DNA from: Squalus acanthias
Taxonomy: Eukaryota
Direction of reading: 5' to 3'
Assembly: GCA_030390025.1 (NCBI GenBank)
Contig: CM059431.1
Location: 122,762,001-122,826,000 of the forward strand
Length of the DNA: 64,000 nucleotides
Positions 35,163 through 47,279 of this stretch are shown piece after piece. Every line of letters starts with the position of its first letter. Within the stretch, counting starts at the first letter, position 1. The notes under the pieces are model-generated. The model was not told where the DNA came from, did no database searches, and worked only from the letters and a program-made list of their open reading frames with translations. The position numbers and the translations under genes were made by a program.

Positions 35163-38103
35163 CATGACAGCCTTGGTCCAAAAATAGACACAAGACCTGA
35201 ATTCCAGAGCTGGGGTGAGAGTGACTGCCCTCGACATCAAGGCACCATTCAACTGATTGTGGCACCATGAGCCCCAGTAAAACTGAAGTCAATAGGGAGT
35301 AGGGGGATAGCTCTCCAGTGACTGGAGACATACCTAACACAAAGGAAGATAGCTGTGGTTGTTGGAGACCAATCATCTCAACCTCAGGCCATGGCTGCAG
35401 GAGTTCTTCAGAGCAGAGTCTAGACTCAACTATCTATAGTTGCTTCATTAATGACCTTCCCTCCATCATAAGGTCAGAAGTAGGGCTGTTTGCTGATGAT
35501 TGCACAGTGTTCAGCTCTATTCGGAATTCCTCAGATAATGAAGCAGTCCATGCCCACATGCAGAAAGACCTGGACAACATCCAGTCTTGTGCTGATAAGT
35601 GGCAAGTAATATTTGTGCCACACAAGTGGCAAGCAATCCCCATCTCCAACAAGAGAGAGCCTAACCACCACCCAGAGAACCACCCAAACCCATGACCTCC
35701 CTTACCTAGAAGGACAAGGGTAACAGGTGCATGGGAACACAATCACCTCCAAGTCACACACTATACTGACTTGGACATATAACGTTGTTCTTTCATCATC
35801 ATTTGGTTAAAACGTAACAGCATTGTGGGAGCACCTTAACCACATGAGCTGCAGTGGTTCATGAAGTAGGTCTTACCACCACCTTCTCAGGCAACTAGGG
35901 ATGGAAAATAAATGCCAGCTGTGCCAGCTCGCCCACATTCCAAATTAATTTCATAAATTGAAGTAATTAAGAATTACTCTGTGAGTACTCTGGGTGTATT
36001 AGAGAGTAGAATTAAAATAATGCCCAATAGTAAAGTTCCTGCAGTAAGGCTGCTGAACTAGATAACCAGTCAGCTGATTAATATGTACAGCACACAGTGG
36101 GCCAAGCCAACTGTGGAGTGAGTAATCTTTAGACAAAGTAAAAGGAGACACAATAGATGCTAAACCTGCATTAGCCTTGAACTAATAGTTGATTGTGTGA
36201 GGTCTATGGTGCAGTGGAGCAACCCACTATTAAGCAAAGGGGACAGCAGATATGGGTGGGCAATTGCTTAGTCAGTGACTGCAAGAAGACACAATCAATG
36301 ATGCTGGAGGAATATTGGCAAACATGTGTTAAAGCTGAAGAAAATTGCATAAGGGAACTGATGTTACTATCAGTAAATGTAAGCAGCCATATTTGGGGGC
36401 TATCATATACCAAGGGAGTCATACGTGGAGCTGCCATATATGGAGGAATCTACGTATGCTAATCAAAGTCAATTACAAGTGCCAGACACACTTGTTTGAG
36501 TAGCTTTGTGTATTTAACCCAAATTCATCCAATCACCTCTTGGAAGTGGGACTGATGAAGACTATTCAGAGCTAGTACAGCAGACCAAGAAGGAAAACAT
36601 TGAATGATGAAGTTGAGAAATACTGAATAGTGACTTATTATTCACATATTCCTATGCAATCAGTCAGCTCCCAAAATTCTGTAGGCAAAATATTTTATTT
36701 TGGGGTAAGCTATACATTAGGTCATAAGACTGTGCTGTCATCTAAAAGACACAATACAAAATATCCAGTTATTTCACGCAAATTATTCTTCTTCCTCTGC
36801 CAACTCTCCCTACTGCCCTAATGTGTACATTATTAAATCCACATATACTTGAGAGAAAGCATCAATAATTTTGCATGTTTCCTATTAATTAGTGATGAAT
36901 AAGCATTTGACAAGCAAAATGTTAACACAATATAATTTATTACACCTTAGTGCACTAGCTCGAACACACAGAGGAATTTGCTGACACAACTAGGAAACAA
37001 CTTGGAGGAGTTATGGAGCTTGGCAGTGTGAAATAAGCTAAATTAATGTCAGTACAGATACAGAAGTTATTAGGATGCTTCAGCAATTGTGTAATTTCTA
37101 CCTCTTACACGGTTGGAAAAATACAGAAGAGGGAAAGTAAGCAAATTCTTCGGGACTTTGTTTTCTTAAAAATTAACTTATGACAAAGCTCCCTCATTAG
37201 CCATCTGGCGAGGGATCTTTCAGCTTTGCTCTGAAAGGCTTAGAAAATCTACTGCAGTGACCCAAGGAAATTCAAGTCTTCCATTAAACATTGTTGACCC
37301 CTCATCTGGATTCTTTAACTAGTTGCTGGAGGAAGTATTGCAAAGGATACAAAAAGACTGCAGTAAGAATGAGAGGCCGATGCATCTAATTGAAGAGTTC
37401 TTGATTGGAACCTTAACCATTAATACAATACAAGGTGCCAGACAAGGAAAAAAAGGTCAATCCCATGAGCTTAGACCATACAGTAAAAGAAGTACTGAAA
37501 CAATGCCTGCATTCCCATAGCAGCCAATCAGAACAAAAGAGTTAGTCAATTTGGGGAGCACAGGCAATCATGCAGCATGCGGGAAAATCAATCTTCAGAA
37601 CACCTTTAAGGGGAGGCAGCTATTTTATTTAGACAATTTATGTTAGTTGAGGGTAGTGATGATATTAACATCAGCTGTACATTTTTGGATTTGTTATGAC
37701 AGAGAGGACAGGGGGATTTACTTTTTAAATAACCGCGTGCAACCTTTGACAAACAATTATTGCTAGATGTAGTTTCTGTCGGTCAGCTTATGTGGGATTG
37801 AACTTGTGAAGCTAAATCAGCTTAATTTTACATAGTCACCATTGAAATTGTATGCGGACGTTTTCATTGTCTTTGATGTGCAACTTCTTTGAGCAAAAAC
37901 TACCACTGAGAAAAAAAAATGAGCATGAGCATTCAATGCAGAAAAGCAAAAGTGTAGGTTCAGTATAATTTTTTTTTTAACTTCCCCATTGCTACTTTTA
38001 TAGGAAGAGAAGAGATTACTGGTCATGAAGATTCAATTTGACAATTAGGGCCTGTAATAGCAGAGTTATAGAGATGAATGTTTAGATAAGCAAAATATAT
38101 GAA

Positions 38104-38548
38104 AAAGAAAAGAAAGAAAGACTCGCATTTATATAACGTGAGCACAGGACGTCCCAGAGCACTTTACAGCCAATGAAGTACGTTTGAAGCATAGTCACTG
38201 CTGTAATGTAGGAAATGCAGCAACCAATTGCGCACAGCAAGGTGCCACAAACAGCAATGACCAGGTAATCTGTTTTAGTAATGTTGGCTGAGGGATAAAT
38301 ATTGGCCAGGACACCGTGCAGAACTTCCCTGCTCTTCTTTGAAATAGTGCCATGGTACCTTTTACGTCTACCTAAGAGGGAAGACAGGGCCTTGGTTTAA
38401 CATCTCATCTGAAAGACGGCACCTTCGACAGTGCAGCACTCCCTCAGTACTACACTGGAGTGTCAGCCTAGCTTTTGTGCTCAAGTCTCTGATGTGGGAC
38501 TTGAACTAACAACGTTTTGACTCAGGGACGAGATGCCACCACTGACAC
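38104..38548 (-). mobile_element. SacSINE1-like DeuSINE, near full length
   Basis: tRNA-like head, Deu core (gagggagtgctgcactgtcgaaggtgccgtctttcagatgagatgttaaacc..gtcctggccaatatttatccctca), L2-like tail with (TTTC)n. Confidence 0.85.
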
Positions 38549-38669
38549 CTAACACATACATCACAGTGTTGTACGATTTGAATCCCCAGTTGCTCAGTAG
38601 CTAATGAAGAGCTACGGCAGCTTGAAAAGATACAGCAGTAATTGGATAAGAACAAATTGGGCAAGAGAC

Positions 38670-38792
38670 TGCAGGTGCTGGAAATCTAAAATAAAAACAG
38701 AAAACACTGGAAAAACTCAGCAGGTCAAGCACATCTGTGGAGCAAGGTTAAAGGTTAGGGTAACATTTTAGGTCTATGATCTTCATCAGAAC
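38670..38792 (-). repeat. Penelope-like 3' terminal module
   Basis: Reverse-complement similarity to 41094-41190. Confidence 0.7.
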
Positions 38793-39354
38793 CCTTAATA
38801 TTTCAATGTTTTCTCATTTAAACCACAAAGTTGTTTGTTGAGTATATTCAGCACAGACTACATGTATACTTGTAAGATCATTGGAAATGCAAGATTAAAG
38901 GAACAGTATAATATAGCATTTTCATTTAACCAGATTTTAATTAGACACACTACAATAAAGGATTGTCAGAGTTTTCAATATAGCTGTATGTGAAAAAAAC
39001 AAATAACTGAGAACAATCTTCTGCTTCCTAGTTTGCATGACATTTCCATAAATCTCTTGAAGAACCTTTTATGTTATTACTTGGCCACTAGCCAGTCTTT
39101 TCCTTCTCCATGCTATTTTGATATACTGGATGACAAGGCCTTTGTAACTGACTTTATCCAACTTACTAAAGTGTTCCAGTAATTTCATGCTGTAGTAAAG
39201 ATGTCAGCACAATAGTACTTGCCTCCTACTGAGGTCATAGGTTCAAGTACTGATAGCTATTTTTTTAACCTACACCAGTAAAATAAGCTTGCATCATATT
39301 CAGATGCAGAACAGCAGGTCTGCATAAGTTGGAAGAACATTGTGATTCACACTT

Positions 39355-41190
39355 TTAAAAACAATACTGTTAAGTCCTGCTGACAATGGTGGTGCTGTTG
39401 TTATTTGGTGAACCGACATCAACTCTCTGACACCTCTTCCTACCTCCCCCGCATTATGACCCCACCACTGCACATCAAGCCATCATTTCCTAGACTGTCA
39501 CTGACCTCATCTCCTCTGGAGATCTTCCCTCCATGGCCTCCAACCTCGTAGTCCCCCAACCCCGCACACCTCCTTCCCAAGATCCACAAGCATGACTGCC
39601 CTGGTAGACCCATCGCTTCAGCCTGTTTCAGATTTATTCCGATCTTGCTTTATTTTTTTTCCCATTGTCCAGTCTCTTCCCACCTACATCCAACTTCTCC
39701 TTTGACTCCATTCACTTCCTCCAACTAAAAGGTGTTGCTATGGAAACCCGTATAAAAGGTGTTGCTATGGAAGCCCACATGGGTCCTAGCTGTGCCTGCA
39801 TTTTCGTGAAATATGTGGAACATTCTATGTACCAGTCCTACTCAGGTCCCCTTCCTCACCTCTTTTTCAGAACCATTGATGACTGTATCGCTGCTGTTTC
39901 CTGCTCTCGCCCAGAGCTGGAAAATTTCATCAACTTCGCTTCCAATTTCCACCTTCCCTCACCTTCACATGGTCCATCTCCGACTCTTCCCTTCCCTTCC
40001 TAAACTTCTCTATTTCCATTTCTAAGGATAGCTGTTGACTAATTTCTACTATAAGCCCACCAACTCCCACAGCTACCTTGACTATACACAATGCCATCTT
40101 CCATACCAGTGCTTCCGATATGTCTTCCTTTTTCCTCAACCGAGGATTCCCCTCCACCATAGTTGACAGGGCCCTTGACCACGTCTATCCCATTTCCCTC
40201 ACTTCTGTTCTCACCTCTTCCCCTCCCTCCCAGAATCATGATAGGGTACCCCTTGTCTTCACCTTCCACCCCACCAACCTCCACATTCAACGGATCATCC
40301 TCCGCTATTTCCGCCTTCTCCAGCATGATGCCACCATGAGGATTCCCCTCCCCTCCCATTTCAACATTCCGTAGTGACCAATCCGTCTGCGACACCCTGG
40401 TCCACTCTTCAATCACCCTCAACACCCCTTTCTCTTCCCACGGTACCTTCTCGTGCAAGCACAGGAGATGACCGCCCTTTTACCTCTTTCCTTCTCACCA
40501 TCCAGGGTCGAAAAACTCCTTCCAGCCATTTACTTGTACTTCTCTCAATTTAGAATACTGCATGCACTGCTCATAATGTGGTCTCCTGTACACTGGAGAG
40601 ACCAAACACAGATTGAGTGATCGCTTTGTGGAATACCTCCGTTCAATCCATAAGCATGACCCGGTCGCTTGTCATTTTAACTCTCCGCCCCACTCCCACT
40701 CTGACCTCTCTGTCCTTGGCCTCCTGCACTGTTCTAATGAAGCTCAACGGAAGCTCGAGGAACAGCATCTCATCTTTTGATTAAGCACTTTACAGCCTTC
40801 CGGACTCAACATTGAGTTCAACAATTTCAGTTCATAACCACAGCTCCCAATTTTTCGGACAGCTGTTGCTGATGATTCTGCTATTTCCATTTACACCTCC
40901 TCTAGACCCATCTTTTGTTTCTTTACTTGTTCCATTACCATCTCCTTTTGCCTTGCACCATCATCGCTTTTGTCATTTAATTTCTCCTGCCTTCCACCCT
41001 ATCACAGACCTTCCCTTTTGTTCTTTCCTCCCCTCCCCCCTTTCACTGCCTCTGTACTTGCTTAAAACCTGTTACATCTCTAACGTTTTCCAGTTCTGAT
41101 AAGAGGTCATCGACCTGAAACGTTAACTCTGTTTCTCCCTCCACAGATGCTGCCTGACCTGCTGAGTATTTCCAACATTTTCTCTTTTTA
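39355..41190 (+). mobile_element. Penelope-like retroelement (RT + GIY-YIG endonuclease), 5'-truncated and decayed
   Basis: KGVAME..MGPSCACIFVKYVEH, FFRTIDDCI, DRVPLVFTFHP; at ~40530-40640 a CTSLNLEYCMHCS.CGLLYTGETKHRLSDRFVE.LRS GIY-YIG signature. Confidence 0.9.
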
Positions 41191-41337
41191 CTACTGAGTA
41201 CTTTGGTGACATACCCAAAGTTTCATGCTGTCACATACCTTTTATTAGCTTTGACAGCATTACCAACACTCACAATTTCATAATTTTGTTCTGTTTACAG
41301 TGTTGCAAGTGATCACACCACCTCAACAATTTATTGA

Positions 41338-41682
41338 TTTTTTTTTATTCGTTTATGGGATGTGGGCATCGCTGGCATTTATTGCCCATCCCTAATTGCC
41401 CTTGAGAAAATGGTGGTGAGCCGCCTTCTTGAACCGCTGCAGTCCGTGTGCTGAAGGTACTCCCACAGTGCTGTTAGGGAGGGAGTTCCAGGATTTTGAC
41501 CCAGTGACGATGGAGGAACGGTGATATACTTCTAAGTCAGGATGGTGTGTGGAACTTGGAGGTGGTGGTGTTCCCATGAGCTTGCTGCCCTTGTCCTTCT
41601 AGGTGGAAGAGGTCACGGGTTTGGGAGGTGCTGCTGAAGAAGCCTTGGCGAGTTGTTGCAGTGCATCTTGTAGATGCTACAC
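41338..41682 (-). repeat. 3' end of the second LINE family
   Basis: Poly-T plus reverse complement of the 30245-31030-type sequence. Confidence 0.88.
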
Positions 41683-42432
41683 TATTTTGCACTATTGTTT
41701 CACTGCATTGGGTCATTGGATAGAGAAGGAGAGTGAATTCTCAAGCACATTTCATCTCCATTAATCATATTAAAGCAATCGTGCAAAATGAGTAAAATGG
41801 TAAAGTATTTGAATGCTGGGAGACTGGGAACAGAGCAAAATCTTGACCGCTCCTTATGCTGCGTCAAGAGGAGCATACTGCCCAGTGCATGTGCAGCCAA
41901 TAGCCAGGCTTCACCACCCCCCCACCCATCACCCCCACCCCCGACGTTTGTTGCAGAAACCACAATGAACTAATTTTGATGCCATCTTTGGATATGCAGA
42001 TATCAATCTATATTTGCATGTTAATCTAAAACTACCAAAGCATCACTATTCTCTTATAGGTTAGATCTTGCAGGATGAGCATTATCATTTGTTTCACACA
42101 TGGCAGGTTCAGATATATAAGTAATGACTGCATTTCCTATACCAACCTTACTTAAAAGCAATTGTTTGATTATTGTAAAATATGATCCAATCCACTCACA
42201 TCCACTATTAAGAACAAAATCAAAACCATTGCTGACGATAAGCAATTTTCATTTATCTTGCCTCAATTTCTTACTGACTTATGGCTCCATTCACCAGCTT
42301 TTAGTTGCATTCAGCATTTTGTTCCAAAAACATTATTTGCATTATAGAAATGTTGCTGAATATCACAATCACCACTCAGAAAGTATTAGCTGAAAACTCT
42401 ATGGAACAACGAGTAAGATTCATATAATATAG

Positions 42433-42530
42433 AAATAAAATGCTGCAAACAGTCAGCAGGTCAGGCAGCATATGTGGAGAAAGGAAAAAGGTTAGGCTAA
42501 CATTTCATGTCTATGACTCTTCATCAGAAC
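42433..42530 (-). repeat. Penelope-like 3' terminal module
   Basis: aaatgctgcaaacagtcagcaggtcaggcagcatatgtggaga..cttcatcagaac. Confidence 0.7.
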
Positions 42531-43028
42531 CAATTAATATTGACCTTGTATAGAGCAGTCAGTTAAGAGTTATACAGGGATTTTTGAATTTCAAACAAAA
42601 TAGCATGAAATGTTCATCAAAACTGGCCTCTAACAAGCTAGAATACAACAGGGTGATTTTCAACTTTCACCCATAAAGGGCCAAAGTGGCTGGGGTGTCC
42701 AATGCACCTGCCTGATGGATGCGGTGAGAGGCCTGAACCATTTTCATGGTTGGACCTCATTTCCAGATTTTGGGTAAGCTGTCATTGCTCAGTGAATGCA
42801 CGCAGGCCGCTCACCATTGGGGAGGGGGAAGGCAGGGGGCAGGAATTGTGGCAGCTACTCTGTGGCGACAAATCACAAGTCAGGTCCTGGGGACAAGGCA
42901 TCTGAGGGACACTGAGCGGCCGATGGTGGGCATGAAGAATTTTGTGGGGTCTGGAGTAGCATTCATACCATTTTATGGTGCTTAGATTTGTGTGGATTAT
43001 TGCATTATGGGAGAAGGCCAAAGATTGT

Positions 43029-44843
43029 GAGGGGAAAATTCAGTTAGTTAGCGCCTCCCATTAGCACCTGGTGAGGTCGCTAATGGGATGCTGATGCAGT
43101 AGCGCCAGGGCGAGGCGAATCCAGGGGCGCTCGGCAAATCCAGCCCCCCCATTGCACCGCCGATAGCAGTTACCGCCGGGGACCTCAGCGCCAGGCAGAT
43201 TGTGATGTCAGCAACGCTCACTGGGCGCCCGATCTGCCAAATTAATTTTCGCCCCCTGCCATAGCACCTCGCCCCAACAGCGACGGGGAGAGGAGGCATC
43301 AAACAGGTGGATGCCGGCTCCAGGGGCGCTACTTAAAGGCATCCTCAGTAATGGGTCGCAGCTGTCGGGTTAGTGCTGTTTCACTGCTTCCTTGTCAGTT
43401 TGATATTGTGCAAGAGTTTAATTCAGTCATTTAAAGGTTGTTTAGTATCATGAGAGTTGTGGCTGCTAACAATTAGTTACATTTATTCTCACAACATATC
43501 AAAGTGCTACACTTGGTTACATTAATGGGGGTTGTACTGGCAGTCGACCTCGCCCTCCAGGATCTACAGTGGAGGCAGCGAGAAAGACTGGAAGATGTGG
43601 CCAGATGGAGGAGAAAGGCCATGAGGGCTCTCAATAGGAGGCCTTACCCTCCGAGGGTATTCCGAGAGCACTTCTCTTGCCTTCGATTAAGTGAGGAGCA
43701 GTGTGTTAGAAGGCTCCGCTTCATGAAGGAGGTGGGCACAGAACTCTGCCACCTCCTGCAACCAGACCTCCAGCTTCAGATCAGGGTGACCACGGCTCTC
43801 TCAGTGACAGTCAAGGTCACCATCGCCCTCAATTTCTTTGCCAGCGGAGCCTTCCAGTCTGCAACAGGAGACATAGCTAACATCTTGCAATTTGCCGTCC
43901 ATTGCTGCATCCGGGAGGTCACAGAGGCTCTCTACAGTAGGAGAAGGGACTACATTTCCTTTCCCATCACCAGAGAGAAGCAGGATGAACGTGCATATGG
44001 CTTTTCCAGGATAATGAGCTTCCCCGTGGTGCAGGGCGCCATTGATTGCACCAATGTGGTTTTGCAGGCACCGCATAACAATCCTGAGATCTTCAACAAC
44101 CGCAATGGCTACCACTCACTTAATGCGCAGTTGGTGTGCGACCACACACAGCGAATCCTCACCGTTAATGCCCGCTATCCTGGCAGCAGCCACAATGCCT
44201 TCATCCTGCGCCAGACCGGTGTGCCAGCACTCTTCCAGCCACCACATCAAGCTCGCAGCTGGCTGCTCGGAGACAAGGGCTACCCTCTCCACCTAGCTCA
44301 TGACTCCCCTACGCAACCCCAACACTCCTGCCCAGCAGTCATATAATGAGAGCCATGCTGCCACCAGGAACATCATCGAGCAGACCATCGGGGTACTCAA
44401 GCCCAGTTCCGTTGCCTTGACCACTCGGGAGGAGCCCTCCAGTGCTCGGCTGAGCGGGTCTCCCTTTCCGTGGTGGTCGGCTGCTTGCTCCACAATATGG
44501 CCATCATGAGGGCCCAGCCCTTGCCAGCAGGGAATATGGGACCACCTCAGGAGGAGGAAGAGGGAGAGGAGGAGGATGAGGATGAGGAGGAGGAACAGGA
44601 GCAAGGGAGGAGGCAGCCACTCAATCGGACTTCCGTAAGGTCAGTCCGTGACCTGCTCATCAGACTGCAGTTCGAATAAATTAAACCCCAGATCCCCGTT
44701 GCTCACCACATCCCCATCATTCCATCGCTGTTGCAGATTTAGCGTTCCAATCCTTTCTTTGTGCAATGAGATTTAGTTTTGCGTGCAGTCTGAATCACTG
44801 GTGCCTGGCGCTGATTCTCTGGGCTATAATGAATTTCTCCCCC
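43029..44843 (+). mobile_element. PIF/Harbinger family A element carrying transposase only
   Basis: TIRs gaggggaaaattca / tgaatttctccccc; flanks tgt/tat; full-length transposase CDS; only ~160 bp between the stop codon and the right TIR. Confidence 0.92.
43525..44679 (+). pseudogene. Harbinger transposase, best-preserved copy (two frameshifts, near 44290 and 44402)
   Basis: MGVVLAVDLALQ..EEQCVRRLRF..VQGAIDCTNV..YPGSSHNAFIL..WLLGDKGYP / MTPLRNP..RNIIEQTIGVLK / FRCLD..CLLHNMAI, acidic tail, LIRLQFE*. Confidence 0.95.
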
Positions 44844-45344
44844 TATGAATTTCACATCAACGGTCTATGAACATTCCTCAAGTTCAAATGTTTATTCAAA
44901 ATAATTTTTAAATTCTCACAATATACATAATAGATACTATTTGCTTACTTGCAGAAGTAGAAGTGATTTTCAATAAAAATGGCTACCGGCATCAGATTGA
45001 GCATGCAAAAGATTATTGCAGGAAACAGGAAAGATTTGGAAAGTTATAATTGCCACTGTCAATACAATTTTCTGCAAGAACTGTTTTGTAATGAACATCA
45101 AGATGATATTATATGGTATAACAAAATAAATGCTGACCATTTGATACACAGACGTAAGAGGCCCCTCTTAACTGAAGACCTGACCATGAACAAGTAGATA
45201 CTATATTCAGACATACAAGCTCACATCCCAGCAGGATTGCATGACATCTGGTAGTCCCAGCATCAAATAGTGAATAGGAGGTAAGTGTTCTTGTTTAAAC
45301 TTTTCTATAATCTATACACAAAAATTAAGCTAAAGTGTTTGGTT

Positions 45345-46093
45345 TTCAATGTTTTCCCACAACTCCATGTTTGAATCCCTCCAATCAGGTTTCTGCCCCT
45401 GCTGCAGTACTGAAACGGCTCTCATCAAAGTCACAAATGGCATCCTTTGTGACTGTGACAAAGGTACACTATCCCTCCTCGTCCTTCTTGACTTGTCTGC
45501 AGCCTTTGACACGGTTGACCACTCCATCCTTCTTCAATGCCTCTCCACCGTCATCCAGCTGGGTGGGACTGCATTCGCCTGGCTCCATTCTTATCTATCT
45601 AATCGTAGCCAGAGAATCACCTGCAATGGCTTCTCTTCCTGCTCCCACATCATTACCTCTGGTGTCCCCCAAGAAAGCAATGCCTCGATTTCAAAATTCT
45701 CATCCTTGTTTTCAAATCCCTCCATGGCCTCGCACCCCTCCCTAGCTCTGTAACATCCTTCAGCCCCACACCTCCCCGAAATATCTGCACTTCTGTAATT
45801 CTGCCCTCTTGAGCATCCCTGATTATAATCGTTCAACCTTTGGTGGCCGTGCCTTCTGTTGCCTTGGCCCTAAGCTCTGGAATTCCCTGCCTAAACCTCT
45901 CTGCCTCTCTACCTCTCTTTCCTCCTTTAAGACACTCCTTAAAACCTACCTCTTTGAGCAAGCTTTTGGTCACCTGCCCTAATTCATCCTTCTGTGGCTT
46001 GGTGTCAATTTTTTGTCTTATAATACTCCTGTGAAGCACCTTGGGACGTTTTACTATGTTAAAGGCGCTATATAAATACAAGTTGTTGTTGTT
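45345..46093 (+). mobile_element. L2 LINE 3' fragment with internal deletion
   Basis: QSGF..STETALIKVTN..LVLLDLSAAFDTVDH..GVPQ; tail ggcgctatataaatacaagttgttgttgtt. Confidence 0.9.
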
Positions 46094-46160
46094 ATTTATT
46101 TAATTCAATATTACTGGTATTATAATAAAAAATCTTCAGTCTTTTTTTCTTTGTAATTTA

Positions 46161-46780
46161 GGAGGGTGAAACTGTTGCTGCTACCCAGGGGCCAGTGACA
46201 TTCTCATTCTCATTTCTGTGTCACCCTTAACGCCCAAGGCTTACTGCACCTCAAGAAAAATATTTCCTGAGTCCCAAATAAGGCAAATGATGAGAGTTCA
46301 ACAAGCATCATCTGAACTAACGAAAAACTAAATGAAGCAAGCTCTGACTAGTTTTTCTAGTTCTGTAGCACTGTAACCAGGGGCCATTAAAGGGACCTCT
46401 GAAGACCACCCAAGAAATGGTAGGGAACGTTTCATTTTACCTCCCCTACTGTGGATCCGGGAGAAGCGAGCGTTCTCCTCCCAGCTCCCCAGCACTACTG
46501 CGGGCCGGTGTCAGCCCACGCTCGGTCCCTCCACGCGATTTCCTCTGCCCCCTCCTCCCAAAACATACCTGAGCATGAGCGAGGCTGTCGGCCAAACTCG
46601 ATCACTGACATTGGGTAAGCTGCCTCTGGAAGCGCAACAGGCACCAGCAGCTCGTATCTATTATTAAAATGAGGCCCGAGACCCAAATTTTGGGTGAGCC
46701 TCGGGTCTCGGGCATCTGGCAAGCTTGTAGCGCATCGTCTATTTTGGGCTCAGAAATGGGCCTAAATGAATTTCCACTCC
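46161..46780. mobile_element. Possible Harbinger-type MITE/derivative
   Basis: Right end gaatttccactcc fits the family terminus; left end ggagggtgaaact matches weakly; GC-rich interior. Confidence 0.35.
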
Positions 46781-47279
46781 ATTGTATTTTTCGACAGAGG
46801 AGTAGATAAACATATGAAACAGGATGATATACAGTTATGGGGAGAGTATAGTGGGATTAGTTTTGAATTGCTCTAACACGGAGCTGGCATAGAAATGATG
46901 GGCAGAATGGCTTCCCTCTCTGCTTTAAGTGCCAATATCTCTATGGTACAATGAAAACAGTAATGGCTCTATAAGAGCCCCATTGTGAACGGCAGGAACT
47001 TGTCTCCTGTATCCTTGTAGGTTTCTTGGCAGTTTCACAGAAGGGACACAGTTCATGAACAGTGTTAATAAGTTCCCATTTCAGAGATTAACGGGAATAA
47101 TTGATACCTATTTCCAAATGTTCAAGTTTGAAACATCTCAACCATTTTTGAATTACCTTTTTCTTAAAGCCATAGTATTTTCTTTGCAATGCTTTGATAT
47201 AAACTACATCTTAAAAGACTATCTAGTATGTTTCAATAATGTGGGTGAGATTGGCATACCTTTACAATGTTTTCTGTAA

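Larger units (their letters stand above)
33170..35945 (+). mobile_element. Second-family LINE with 5' region, APE endonuclease remnant and deleted RT, interrupted by an LTR-like insert and an HE1 SINE
   Basis: Endonuclease-like motifs (PDIAILT, HRQDRLTRG, VLWVGNFNAHHREWL); RT segment 35165-35670 homologous to 29385-29890; same 3' tail. Confidence 0.8.

Noticed and set aside
43504..44346. Possible domesticated host gene HARBI1
   Set aside because: Flanked by TIRs, frameshifted and multi-copy in this window; it is a transposon copy, so no gene symbol was assigned.
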